The notes under the pieces: model-generated
What the model saw: the letters and a program-made list of their open reading frames with translations, nothing else
Database searches by the model: none
What the model was told of the DNA's origin: nothing
Part shown: one piece after another, positions 32,880 to 44,500 of the stretch
Layout of the letters: each line of letters begins with the position of its first letter
How positions within the stretch are numbered: the first letter of the stretch is position 1
DNA from: Vicugna vicugna
Lineage: Eukaryota
NCBI GenBank assembly: GCA_013265495.1
Contig: MU058781.1
Coordinates: 4,341,050-4,405,049, forward strand
Direction of reading: 5' to 3'
Length of the DNA: 64,000 bases
Made by a program: the position numbers and the translations under genes

Positions 32880-35704
32880 GGCCTCAGCTCCCAGAAGAAT
32901 TTATCTCCTGCCAAACCACCAGGACAGGCAGCTTCTGACATTCTAGAGGCAAGTCTAAGCTAGTTTTTTTTTTTAACCTGTTCTTTCAAAACATCTCCTA
33001 GGTTAGGCCTTGAAAATATGCACCACCTCAGTGGGGGAAAAAAATCCACAGGCCAAAGGGTACCAAATTGCTTAAAGGTTTCCTTTCTGCTTTTAATATA
33101 TTAGATGCGACCCCTGTTTCCCCTTCTTCTCTTAGAGATGAAAGACTTCTTGGAAATGCCAGGCACGCAGCTGTCATTTGGAAGTGACAGCCAGCCCAGA
33201 GAAGGTTAATGCTCTCATCAAAAATGCCCATCTTCTAAGTTGGTTAAATGGACCTTTCTGGTTTGCCTGACTGCTTATTCCTGTCCCAGAGAGCCCGGCA
33301 TCCCAGGGAAGCGTTGTTGCAATTTAGCAGCCTTTGTCCAAGTCCCGTGGGCAACCGGGTTTCCCTTGGGTCCCAGGTTTAGCAAACCCAACCACAACAC
33401 AGCTTGTCTAGCACAAGCCACAGGGGCAGATCAGAACAGTTACTACTTCTACAGGAACAAAGAGAAAGTGACACGAGAGTGGTTGTCACGAAAAACTTGT
33501 TCCAAAAACTAAGGTCCCAACTGCTTGCCTCTACTCACTCCATTGGCTTCCCAATCCAGCCAGCATTTCTCCAAGAGTAGCCTACATGCCACACATCCCA
33601 GAATTGCCTGGGGCATGACTTACAACTGTGGGCCCCTCGGCCCCATGACTCCTCCTCCAGACTGTCCAAGCCCCGAGTTAATTATTTCACTGGAGTCAGA
33701 ATTGATGTGCTATCACAACCAGATTTGACGTATGTTATAACTGAAGAATGGGCTTGTTGGGGTTGAAGAAATAAGTGTCAGCAGTTTCTGAGAAGCAGCC
33801 AGAGCAAGCGCTTGCCCCTCTATTACCTGGAAGAGCACATGTGGGCAGCCACCCTGGCTCCACCCCATCTCACAGGGCTGAAACCTCTATTACCCTCAGA
33901 GTCACAAACATGAAAATGATCACGGTTGCTGCTTGACTCCAAGAAGTGGAGTTGGGAAAGAAACCCCACCTCCAGCCTCATCGTTCACTTACACCGGCCA
34001 CGTTACACTTTTAGCTTGTTCTGGACATACCTGACACGGATGAAAGAGGAGAAAAGGTTACTAGTCTACTTTACAAATCAGCAGAGGACACCCCCAGAGC
34101 AAGAAGAGTTGACTCAAAATTTCTTCTGTTGCTTCTCGTCTTCTGAGATGGAGCTTGGTTTGACAGGGGTTCCAAGAAGGGATAAAGGGAGAAAATCTAC
34201 TTTGCAAGTTTCCATGGATGTTGAGAGATGCGTCTTTCCAGGTGCATGAAAGGAAGGGTTTAAGACAGTCCGACTTTGTGGTCAGACCAGGCATTTAATT
34301 ATGAGGCTTTATGCCTTTTTACGTTTGCCTGGGAGAAGAATTCTTTGTAAATCAATGACATTAGCCGTCTGAAAAAATCGCCGATTCTTTGAGCCGAATT
34401 CCCAACAAAGTAAAACAGAATCTAGTTTAAACACATTTCTGACGCTCTGACATCATTTTATGACTCTACATCGTGTTGAAAACTTTAGCTGGTACTCAGG
34501 TGGCCCATTCATTGCTGCCTTGTGGTCTCAAAACCGAGCTGAAACAGTTTAAGTCTTGAAGGATGAAGCTCCCTAAGACCCAACACTTCCCATTTCTCAT
34601 ATCACTGCTGTCACTCTCTCTGGCTCTGGAATGTATTGGTTCCCAAGTACTTTACCCCAGAGGATCCTCCTGCTCAACACCGCAGATTACCCTGAGCACT
34701 GACAGCCATGGTTACCCCTGCCTTCCTAGACTCCTAACCTGGACTCCCCTTAAGGCCCATTTTTACTCTCGATATATTCTCTCCTGCTTTTCCCCAGTCT
34801 CTCAGAAAGCTAGACCTTGCTTCACCCTCTCCTCTTTTCCAGATCCTTCTCCCTCAGCAAAAACTTCAGGGCCTGGGATATTTATTTGCACAATCAAATA
34901 GCCTTACTTGGGGCCAGAATCCCAGCCTGTAGAATCTCAGGGTTGAATGTTTTTTAACAGCAGCTTTTGGACACTCAAATATTTGGGGAAAGTTAGAATA
35001 GAAAAAGCCCAGAGGTAGCATAATCCCTTTGAGGTACTGACAACTAAAAAGCAGATCTATTTGGTTAAAGAGGAGCGGTAGATTTCTGGCAAGACCAGCT
35101 TCAGCCAGAGGCAGACAAACAATCATGCAATTTACACCACTCCGTAGAAGGACAATGTGAGGAGAGCGAATTGGGGAAACAAAATCCATCCCTCAAAATT
35201 CCTGACCTGAAGCACAAAATTGCTCCAGAATGGCCCCAGCAGTCTGAAAGGCAAACAGCGTGGTTATTTTTTTTAAGCCTATAAATGTGCTTTACCTGCC
35301 AGCAGAGCTGTTAGAATTTAATAGGCTCATACCGACGCTCAAGTGTTTTGAGACACCTATTACAAGGGGTGTTTTCAAAACGGACTTTTGCCCAACCAAA
35401 AGCAAGGGAAATTAACCCCGTAAGAGAAACAGGAAATTAAGTGCATGAATTTGACTTCAATGACGTAGGCTAGAAGGTTCTGAGCTGTTGTACATATCAT
35501 TCAATGGAGCCCGATCTCTCCAGGTCTGTTGGCTGTGCACAAAGAAAGACCTTGTTCAGATCTCCATACAACACCAGTAAGTGGAGACCTGGATTATGAG
35601 GGACACCACTGGAGACCCATCACCCAGTCCCCCATTCACAGTCACACCTGGTCTCTGTGTGGGTGGTCACTACGTGGAGGCACATATGGCTGTCTTGAGG
35701 TCAA

Positions 35705-35880
35705 CAGATATGTTCACAACAACCTTGTGGGTTAGAACTATTATTATTATCCCTATTTACAGACAAGGAAGTTGCGGCTTAATGAATCCAATCCCTTGCT
35801 CAGTCCCAGCTGGTAAATAACAGAGCTGAGGTTTGAGCCCAGGACTGCCTGCCTCAGGAGACGTAACCACGAGCACTATT
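35705..35880 (-). mobile_element. MIR SINE
   Basis: tcacaacaaccttgtgggttag...tattatccctatttacagacaaggaa...cagctggtaaataacagagctgaggtttgagcccaggactgcctgcctc. Confidence 0.85.
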
Positions 35881-36199
35881 CCCTGGAAAATGTCTCAGGA
35901 AGGTTAGACTGCACGATCACCAAGGCAGCTGTCAGCTGTTTCTCTCTGATCCTTCTAATTTGTAAACTTTACTTCTTTAGCTACAACTTCTCCTTCCAAA
36001 ATGTGCCTTTTCTGTGCCATTTCTGCACTGCAAAGCAAAATCTCTCCACCCCCAAGCCCCCGTCCTCATTGGAGACCACCTTCCGACCTATAAGCGAAGC
36101 ACTGACGCAGAAGTAAGCCCAGTGCTCAGAGGATGGAACAGAATAAAGACCTCAATGACTGTTGCGCTTTTTTTTTTTTTGCCTTCTCATCTGATTTCT

Positions 36200-36392
36200 T
36201 TGTATCAAATACCTCTTTTCAGCTTCCCAATAACCCATAAGGTAGGACTATTATTATATCATTTTACAAATGAGGAAAGTGAAGATGCAAGACGTCATCT
36301 GTCTGAGGTTGCAGGACAAATTCATGGCAGAGGCAGGATTTGAACCCCCTTCAGTGTGACTTCACCACCCACATTCTCTTACCTCCACCACT
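36200..36392 (-). mobile_element. MIR SINE
   Basis: cccaataacccataaggtaggactattattatatcattttacaaatgaggaaagtgaag...ggcagaggcaggatttgaaccc. Confidence 0.85.
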
Positions 36393-37148
36393 GGCTTTCT
36401 GGCTCCCAGAAGAGGAGAGCTGGGTGCACACCCTCCCGGACCTGGCGGCCTGCCTGCCCCTGATGCCAGGTGCTCATCCTGGGCTCCTCCCGGCCAGCTG
36501 CTGGGTGTCATGAGGTGTTAGCTTGCTGGCCCGTCTCCCGGGGAGGTTCCAGCACACACGGGCCTCTGCCCAGCAGGCTTGGCCACTCAGAAACACAGCT
36601 CTCCCTGTCTGCAGTGACACAGCCCTCCAGTTAATTTATAACAGACACCGTGAAGTGCTGGGTACACCTGCTGGTCAGGGAGTCGGGGTGTCCATCTGTG
36701 ACGTGTCCTGCACCCCAGAACTCAGCTGCCCCAGGTCTAAGGAAGGACCCTCCCCCACGGATGGATGAGCATTGTAATGCAGGGCAGGCAAACTAAGATG
36801 CCAAATGCTTGCACAGAGGATGCCTGGGTGCTTCTCACCAGCTCAAAGAAAACCTAGAGCATGTTACCCTGGACCACGGGTCATGAGGGCTGCATGGCCA
36901 AGCCTTGGGGGTCACAAAGGCCTCCAAGGTTCACTTTTGGTCTCCTGACCAAGTGAGTATAATGAGATTAGGCAACATGATTAGAAAAAATGGCAGTGGT
37001 CCAACAGCTTGGTATTTATACCTCATTACAAGGTCACACTACTTTTAGCATACAATAAATGAATAGTTTTAAGAAATCCTATGATTATCTTGTTTTTAAT
37101 GCAAGTGCACATCATTGGCTTTGGGAGCTAAGAGCATTCACTTCTTAT

Positions 37149-37352
37149 CAGGGGTCAGCAAACTTTCTCTGTAGGAACAGTTAGTCAACATTTTAGGCTT
37201 TCTGGGCACAGTCTCTGTGGCTTATTTTCTTTGTTTTGGGGTTTTTTTTTTATGACCCTTTTAAAATGTAAAAACCATTCTCAATTCACAGACTGTTCAA
37301 AAACGGTCTGCCGGCCAGATCTGGCCTGCAAGGCATAGTTTGCCATCCCCTA
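37149..37352. mobile_element. MER58-type hAT-Charlie MITE
   Basis: TIRs caggggtcagcaaact and agtttgccatccccta; internal attttaggcttt...aaaatgtaaaaaccattct...ggccagatctggcctg. Confidence 0.88.
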
Positions 37353-38134
37353 AATTCAAACATATAAAATATATTACAACCATTTTATGATACTTTCTCT
37401 TTTTTTCACTGGATGCTTCAAAAAATTATATAAGTGCCTGGGGTTGAGGTCCACCAGACCCCAGCCAGACCTCATGGAAAAAGGTCTACAGTCTGTTCTT
37501 AACATCCTAGTCAATGCTTCCTGCACATTCCATGGAAATATGAAGTAATCAACAGAAAAGATTTAGGAATAAGTGTAACACACATAAAACTGTGAGTTTT
37601 ATTATTGCCTTTCGATGAATCTCTGGAAATTCTCCATCTTTCCACTTAGGTTTCCCCATCTGTACAATGAGTGTAATAACATTGGCATAGATCCTGGGCG
37701 GTAACCAATAGGTTACTTGTGTTCCTGTGGTCTGGCACATTTCTGCTCAGCAACTACAAGTTTTTAGGTCAGTTTCTACTCTGTGGCTTTTTAGTGGAAG
37801 CATTTACTATTTCCTTTGGCAAGAGGAGGAAATTGTTGATGGGAAGGTGAATAATCCTGGGTCAGCAAAATACTTTCAAGTCTGAGGAATGGCATCGGCC
37901 CTGCTACTCCCATCCCCGGAGGGCTCTGCTCATTGTGCAGTGACCTGGATTGACCCTGGATGACCCTTAACACAGCAGGCTTCCCTCTGCACTGACTCTT
38001 CTCCTCTAAACAGACCAAGGGAACCAATCTCATCATCCAATTGGTGAGGAATCCCAGAGGGTCTCTCCCAAGTCTGCCACAGCAACTCCACGCTCCCAGG
38101 TGGATACAGAGCAGTGATGCATCCTCAGGGGTGC

Positions 38135-38316
38135 AGGAAGCATCCTGCAGAGCAGTGGTCCTTGACCTGGGAGCCAGCAGACCTGGATTCAAGTCCCAGT
38201 TCCATCCCCCATCCAACCCCCTTAGGAGATTTCTCAATCCTTCTGAACCTCATTGGATAAGATAAGGGCTTTAAACTAAGTGGTCTCTAAGAAACATCTG
38301 CCTCTAACTTTCTAAG
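38135..38316 (+). mobile_element. MIR3/MIRc SINE
   Basis: gacctgggagccagcagacctggattcaagtcccagttcc...ttctgaacctca...actaagtggtctctaag...ctctaactttcta. Confidence 0.7.
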
Positions 38317-40191
38317 TCCCACTAAGCCAATCCCTCCCACCACCAGTAGACGCCATTAATTCCTACCTCTCAGTAAAGTTCCTACTTGCCAATAAAATAA
38401 AGGGCAGGAGAGCTGAGCTTGCCCACACCCTCTGCTCTCCCCTCCTCTAAACGATGGACAGCCTCTCTCATGTTTCCTCTTCAATTTCATAAAAAGGAAA
38501 ATGAGGCATCTTTTCCTCTGTGGCTGTGTCCCCTTCGGCCCCTGTCCCACGCTGCCCCAGTAGCCTCAGGATCATGTATTTCCCACCTGCTTCTCCACTC
38601 TCCCTCTCTATCTGTCCCCTTTCCTTAGTGTGGAAATGCATCCCAGTAGCCCCATTCTTAAACCACCACCACGAAACCCCACATGGCCCCTGCTTCCCCT
38701 TCTAATTAATGGTCAAGAGCGGCCCCCAGCAGTTATGGGAAGTGCTCCTGGGCCTGGGGATGGCCTCTGCTGTGCACGGAGCCCTTTGAGGAAGGATTCC
38801 TAGGAAGTCTGCTTCTCAACCCAGCTCCCCCAGCCCTGCCAACAAGCGTGCCTAGGGGGATCGCATGTTCCTCATTTCTGAACCTGAGCACTAGCCCCCG
38901 TGCTTGGCGTACAGGAGACTCCCTGTCACGTGCTCCAAGTTGTAGGAGAATAACCACACCAAGGAAAGAAGCAGCGATCGTCACTTCCTGAAAACCACAC
39001 GTCGCCTCTGTGTGGGCACGCTGGCCCCTGCCAAAGGGTCCTGCCTTATCCCTCACCATGAGCTGGGCTCCTAAGTTTTAATCTATTGGGAAGCCTTACT
39101 GCTGGCCTAGAATGCAGGGCAGGATAGAAAGGAAGGCTTAAATTGTTCTTTATTTTCTGGTCATGGTTTCCTCTTTTTCCTCCTTCTAAAACAAACAAAC
39201 AAACAAACAAGGGGAGGGGGCAATTAAGATGCTGAGGTTTTAAACCTCCCCAGAGGTCAAACAAATTGCATTTTTGCTACAAAGAGGGGGAGGGAAAGAG
39301 GAGGGGCAGATGGTAAATCGGCCTTGGAGACCCTTCCTGACGTCTTTCTCTGGGCCCCCAGCTGGCAAGACCGCTGCAGTGCGAGGGCCAGCCCCTCCGG
39401 TGGGCAGATCCAATCGCAAGCAGAGAAACAAGGCATGCCAGCAGGAGCCTCACCGGCTGGGAAATTATTTCCTAATAAAACTACAAAGGGAAGGACGATA
39501 ACTGGGCACTGCTGACAAGTATTGTTGTCTTGTATCAAAATCTCTTTATAAACCTGTTTGAAGAACAGAGCTGGCTTCCCTTTGAAGTCCCAGTTCAAAG
39601 CCTCAAAGCCGTTGACTTGCAGGGTTCCCAGCCCCGGTGGGGGTGGCCGGGGAAAGAGAAGTCGGGAGGAACTGAGCGAACTTTCAGTACAAACACATAC
39701 CTCGGGGCTCTGGGACAAGTTTGGGGTTCGATTTCCTGTTGAGATCCCAATTATTAATAACAACCACCCCCACCGACCGAGCACTGTCTGCAGACTCTTC
39801 ATTTGACACCGACAACCCGGGGAGGTCGATACTGTCACCCCTCTGACAGGTGGGGAAATGGGGGCCAAGTCCCCAGCTCTCAGTCTGATTTCAAGCCAGG
39901 CCCATCCTCTAGTCCAGGAAAGGCCACTTTCATCACTGTACCATAGGAGCCCTGAGGGACAACTGTGCTGTCGCCGGCAGCACGGAGCTGCAGGGTCGAA
40001 GGTCAGGGTGGAGAGAAAAAGTGACAGCATGGGTTCTCGGCAGCCTCTCAGTTTACACTATGCGGTTCCTCCACACAGGCCTGGCCTGGGGACACAGAGT
40101 GGGGCCCTGCCTCCATCTCTCCACACCCACGTGGACCTCAGGCCACTAAGGGCACAGACCAAAACCCTTACTGGAGGAGAGGAAAACCTAC

Positions 40192-40619
40192 TCCTGTGAG
40201 TTGAATTGTGTCCCCCCGAAGGGTGAAGGGTTGGAGTCCTGCCGCCCAGTACCTGGGCGTGCAGCCTGCTTTGGAAACAGCATCTCTGCAGGTGATCGAG
40301 TGAAGATGAAGTCGGACGGACAGGCCTTCATCCAGTACAAGCACTGTTCCTATAAAAACGGGGAATCTGGACAGAGAGACAGACAGGCACAGAAGGAAGA
40401 GGAAGAGAAGACACAGACAGGATGCCACCTACAGATGCCTGCAGCCGCCAGGGGCAGGGACAGGCCTGAACAGACTCTCCCTCACGGCCCCAGAAGGAGC
40501 TGGCCATGCTGACTCCTGGACCTCAGACTTCTACCCTCCAGACCTTGAGAGAGTAAATTTCTTGCTTAAGCCACTCGGGTTGTGGTACCTTTTGATGGCA
40601 GCTCTAGCAAACAAACGCA
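40192..40619 (+). mobile_element. MLT1B-like MaLR solo LTR
   Basis: gagttgaattgtgtcccccc...cccagtacct...tttggaaacagcatctctgcag...ctccctcacggccccagaagga...ctcagacttcta...ggcagctctagcaaac; 5-bp TSD cctac/ccttc. Confidence 0.88.
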
Positions 40620-40985
40620 CCTTCCCGCCCTGGAAACACCTGCGCAGTTTAGCAGGAGAAACTTCCGAGGGTCCTGGAGGCTGGAGGCTGGCGAGGGTAT
40701 CCCTGCAGCCAGCGCTCCTTCCGATAAGGTGGGAAACCCGAAGGTGGGGAGGTCTGCCCCCACCCAGGGTGGGGAGAAGAGTTGTGTCCCCCGCCTGGGG
40801 TAGCCCCCACTTGGCAGCCCCTGGTCATGCCTGTGTCCCCGCCAGCCTGCTGTGTCCCATCAAGTCCCCCTTTACCAGATGCCTCCCTCATCACCCCTGA
40901 CCCTGACTTCCGTCTCCTTTCATCTTTATGCACCACCTTCACGCCAGTACCTCTCTCCAAAAGCAGGTTCATTAGTCCTCCAAAT

Positions 40986-41149
40986 CAGTGGTTTTCAAAG
41001 GGTGGGCCTTGGGCCCACACCTGGGAAGCTGCAGAAATGCAAATTCCTGGGCCCCACTCGCAACCTTCTGAATGCAAAGCTCTGGGGATGGGCCCCAGCG
41101 AGCTGTTGCATGGAGGCCCTCACGGCATTCTCCTGTTCGAGAATCACTG
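40986..41149. mobile_element. MER5A hAT-Charlie MITE
   Basis: TIRs cagtggttttcaaa and ttcgagaatcactg; internal agaaatgcaaattcctgggccccac...ctctggggatgggccccagc. Confidence 0.85.
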
Positions 41150-41340
41150 TTTAGGAAAGCAGCCTGCAGCGGGCTGCTGTTTTTCCTAAGATCACAGTCG
41201 GTGTGCGCTGGAGTCAGGAGCCAACTGTTTGTACAGACGTGGGCATTTCCACGACAATATTCCAGCAGTTCCTCCAGCTGAGGTTTAAGGAGACTGATAA
41301 ACAGCAGCAGGGATGGAAGGGCAAAATGACGGCGTTTCCT

Positions 41341-41790
41341 CTGAGGAGGGAGGCCGCTGCCTTCCCACCGTCCCCTCTTCAGCGCGTCTCCTCGAGGACC
41401 GTACTAGGCCCAGCAAGAAGGTCTGACCTGATTTTACAAGCAAGGCCGTGGGTCCTATGAGACTTGCACGCCACCGCTCAGCTCAGAAGTGAGCTCGGGG
41501 GTCTCTCACCGGGTACACAGGAGACAATCGGGGGAGTCCTCCCGCCTCGTGGAGATGAAAGAAGTCCTATTCTGCTGGTATAAATCGGTGTGGAATTCTG
41601 TCCAGACTCCACGGCCACGTTGGTGCTCGCTCCCTCCGGGGCATGTAACTCCGACAACGCTCGCCTAGGCTTAGACGCCACGCCTCTCTCTTCCGTGTTG
41701 GTGGGAAGGGGATTCGTGGGCGAGACTGTTTCCCAAACACAGAACACTCACAGTTCTCATCGCCCAAGCCTGGGAGGGGGTGCGGTGAAT
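41341..41790. promoter_or_regulatory. CpG-enriched patch (small orphan CpG-island-like)
   Basis: About 29 CpG by hand count in about 450 GC-rich bp, against a CpG-depleted background. Confidence 0.4.
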
Positions 41791-41884
41791 CAGTTGAAAC
41801 CAACTGTCCTCAAACATCTTTTCTCCAGCACTGATACAGGGAAGGGCTCACACCGGTCAGACAGCCCCGCCCAGCACACGGCCC

Positions 41885-42090
41885 CGTGTACCTTTCCCTC
41901 TCTGTTTGCCTCACTCCATTATGATTTTCTTCTTTGCCTTTGCTGCTACCAGACCCATTATAGGCACAAACGGGCGCTGTCTGTAATGTAGTGTGTCTCC
42001 CTCACTTAGAATGTCAGCTCCACGAGGCAGTGACGTGGTTGGTTCATGGCCATTTGTCCCCAAACCAGAGTGGGCACGTGTAGGAGCCCC
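41885..42090 (+). mobile_element. L2a 3' fragment
   Basis: tgtgtctccctcacttagaatgtcagctccacgaggcagtgac...tggcacgtgtagg-like end. Confidence 0.7.
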
Positions 42091-42549
42091 ATCTTCCCAC
42101 CGAGGCCGTGTTCCCTCCCCTACAGTCCCTGCCCAGCCGGCTCCTGAAGAGCAGACCCAAACCGACACCATTATTTTACTCTCCTCTGACACAAAGCAAG
42201 GGGCAGGATGGACAGCTGCCTGGTGGAGGGAGTGCTCCACAAGCCTGGGCTCCGCGCCCAAAAGTGGCCCAGCCATCAGTCTACTACAGATGCAGCAGCG
42301 TTTGGACTCCTGGAAACATCACCCCACCCCACTTCTCAGGAATCTGCTGCCAAGGGAGCAGAGGCCAGGGCCCTGGGGCTGATAGAAAGACACGGCCAGG
42401 AAAAGGTGCGCCGGGACGGGCATCTGTGGTCCCGGCAGCTCTTGCCTTGGCAGAAGATCCTGGAATCTGCTCGACTTTGTCCATGCAAATGAGGTGCCGA
42501 GGTCACTGCCTTCTGCCGGATTATTATCTCTGACATTTTATTCATAATA

Positions 42550-42657
42550 ATTACAGAGCCTTTCCACCTTCAAAGTGCTTTGCAAACAATAATTAATTAA
42601 TTAACACTCATCACACCCTGGCAAGGTAGCTTAGTATTATTAATTTATCTCTACAGT
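42550..42657 (-). mobile_element. Amniote-type MIR relative (MIR1_Amn-like) remnant
   Basis: agagcctttccaccttcaaagtgctttgcaaacaataattaattaattaacactcatcacaccctggcaaggtagcttagtattatt...ctacag resembles the reptile/amniote CORE-SINE tail more than eutherian MIRb. Confidence 0.55.
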
Positions 42658-43289
42658 AGGTTATTATCCACCGTCTCTTCCCTCCCCACAAAAACGGCCG
42701 ATGAGCTTCTGTGTTGTGTTCCCAGTCCTTTCCGGGCCAGTCCCCCCAGTTTCCTAATTCAGTCGGAGTTTGACAGCCATGCACACCCCTCTTTAGATCT
42801 GAGACCCAGCTGGCTGCAAAGTAGCACCCCATTTGTCTGTAACCTCAGCACAAAGGCCTGGATTGTCTCTGTTTCTCTCCAGGCCCAGGACCCCCAACTC
42901 CCCACCTTTCACTCACTCAGTTCTGACCTCGCTCTCCCCCGCCCCCTTTCATCCCATCCTGTTCCTGTGGTATTTCTCTCACCCCCAGCTTTGTCTCTTT
43001 TTATGACTCCAGCATAAAGATACTGCTCAACCCCTTTCTTCATCTCATCTTCAGCTGTGAGCTTCCTTCCTTCCTTCCATCTCCAGGATTCTATCTACCA
43101 CTCCACTCACCATTCAGTCTCCCAGTTATTTGGAATTTAATTATGTAAATTAGTCTTCTCTGAGGGGTGCTTAAAGGAAGGCTGTCATTTAACTCCTCTC
43201 TCTCTGCTCCAACTCCTCATTTTTAAATTTCATTTTCTTCTTGATACCTTGTCCTCTCCCCATCTAATCCTGTCACCCCACAGCCCCTC

Positions 43290-43635
43290 CCTTTACTCGC
43301 TGGCTAATTCCAGGTCAGTCTTGCGCACCTACTGCCCGCCAGGCTCTGTGCCCGAGCGGACAGGGGAGAGGGTAACAGACAAGCCAGAGCCCAGGCTCCA
43401 TCCTCCAAGAGGACGAGATAAGTGCAGCAATGGGAGGACTCGAGAGGCTCTGTGGGAATTCAGAGGTGGTGGCTGGTCCTCATTCTGCCCAGGGGTCAGG
43501 AGAGGGGAGGCGTCACAGAAGTTTTCACAGATGTGAGGACACTTGACAGATGAGTGGGGTGGTGCTCGCCTGGCAGAAAAAGAGGGAAAGGGCGTCGCAG
43601 GCGTCGGGAACAGCGCAAACAGGGGCATGTAGGCT
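43290..43635 (-). mobile_element. L2 fragment
   Basis: gcacctactgcccgccaggctctgtgc...gataagtgc...ctgtgggaattcagagg...gatgagtgggg...agagggaaagggcgtcgcaggcgtcgggaacagcgcaaacaggggcatg. Confidence 0.75.
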
Positions 43636-44257
43636 CGGCCTTGGATTACTCAGCCTCTGATTTCACCCTAAGCCATCTGTAGGCAGGTCCTCCACTGCCA
43701 CCCATTGAAAGGAGAGGGGAGAGGAGGCGGGGAGAAGAAGAGGGAAGGGGTGGGGAAGGAATGAGTGTTACAAGCACAGAGGGAACAATGATTTTACCAA
43801 AGATTTCGTCGGGAGAGAGCGCAGGGATGAGTCACATCACACAGCAGGCAGCATTTCTCTGCAAAAATCTCTCCTCAACACTTTGTCCTCCCCATCTGAA
43901 GTCCCTTGGAAACCAACCCAGATGACTTTTTCCCTGGATCACACAGCCTCCGAGGCCCAAATCCCCAGCCCTGCAGATATCCCCAGGCCTGTCACACGCT
44001 CCCTTTCACAACCAGACACATTATACTTTCTCCCTCTTCTTCTTTTCTTACAACCTTTCACTCCCTCACCTCAATTGCCTTTTGGGGTACGGATGTCCCA
44101 CAGACAGATCCTCCAGGCGTTACGATCTTAGCAGATTGGGAGGAGTAAGTATAAACATCAAATAATTTCTTCCTGTGACAAATAAATGTTTCAGTCATGT
44201 TTACTTGTTGAATTACAAATAGTCTGGTGGCATATTATGCGGTCATAGCATTGTGTG

Positions 44258-44259
<2 letters not shown>

Positions 44260-44292
<33 letters not shown>
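44260..44292 (+). repeat. (TG)16 microsatellite
   Basis: Uninterrupted tg run. Confidence 0.97.
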
Positions 44293-44293
<1 letters not shown>

Positions 44294-44360
44294 TGGAAAG
44301 GATACTGGACCTCGAATACCATGCTGAAAAGTCTCTCTGGTTTCTGCGGGCACTGAGGAG

Positions 44361-44500
44361 TGTATCTGTTTCCTAAGGCTGTGATAACAAAGTGCCCTAA
44401 ACTGCGTGGCTTAAAACAACAGAATTCCTTGTCTTTAGTGCTAGGGGCTGGAAGTCCAGAACCAAGGTGTGAGCAGGATGGGTTCCTCCTGAGGGTGGCA
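44361..44500 (-). mobile_element. MLT1 LTR 3' fragment
   Basis: tgtatctgtttcctaaggctgtgataacaaagtgcc...gtggcttaaaacaacagaa...ggctggaagtccagaaccaaggtgtgagcagg. Confidence 0.85.

Noticed and set aside
39257..40030. Longest ORF (257 aa, minus strand)
   Set aside because: No recognisable domain, a composition typical of random GC-rich DNA, a non-ATG start and no exon structure; expected by chance.
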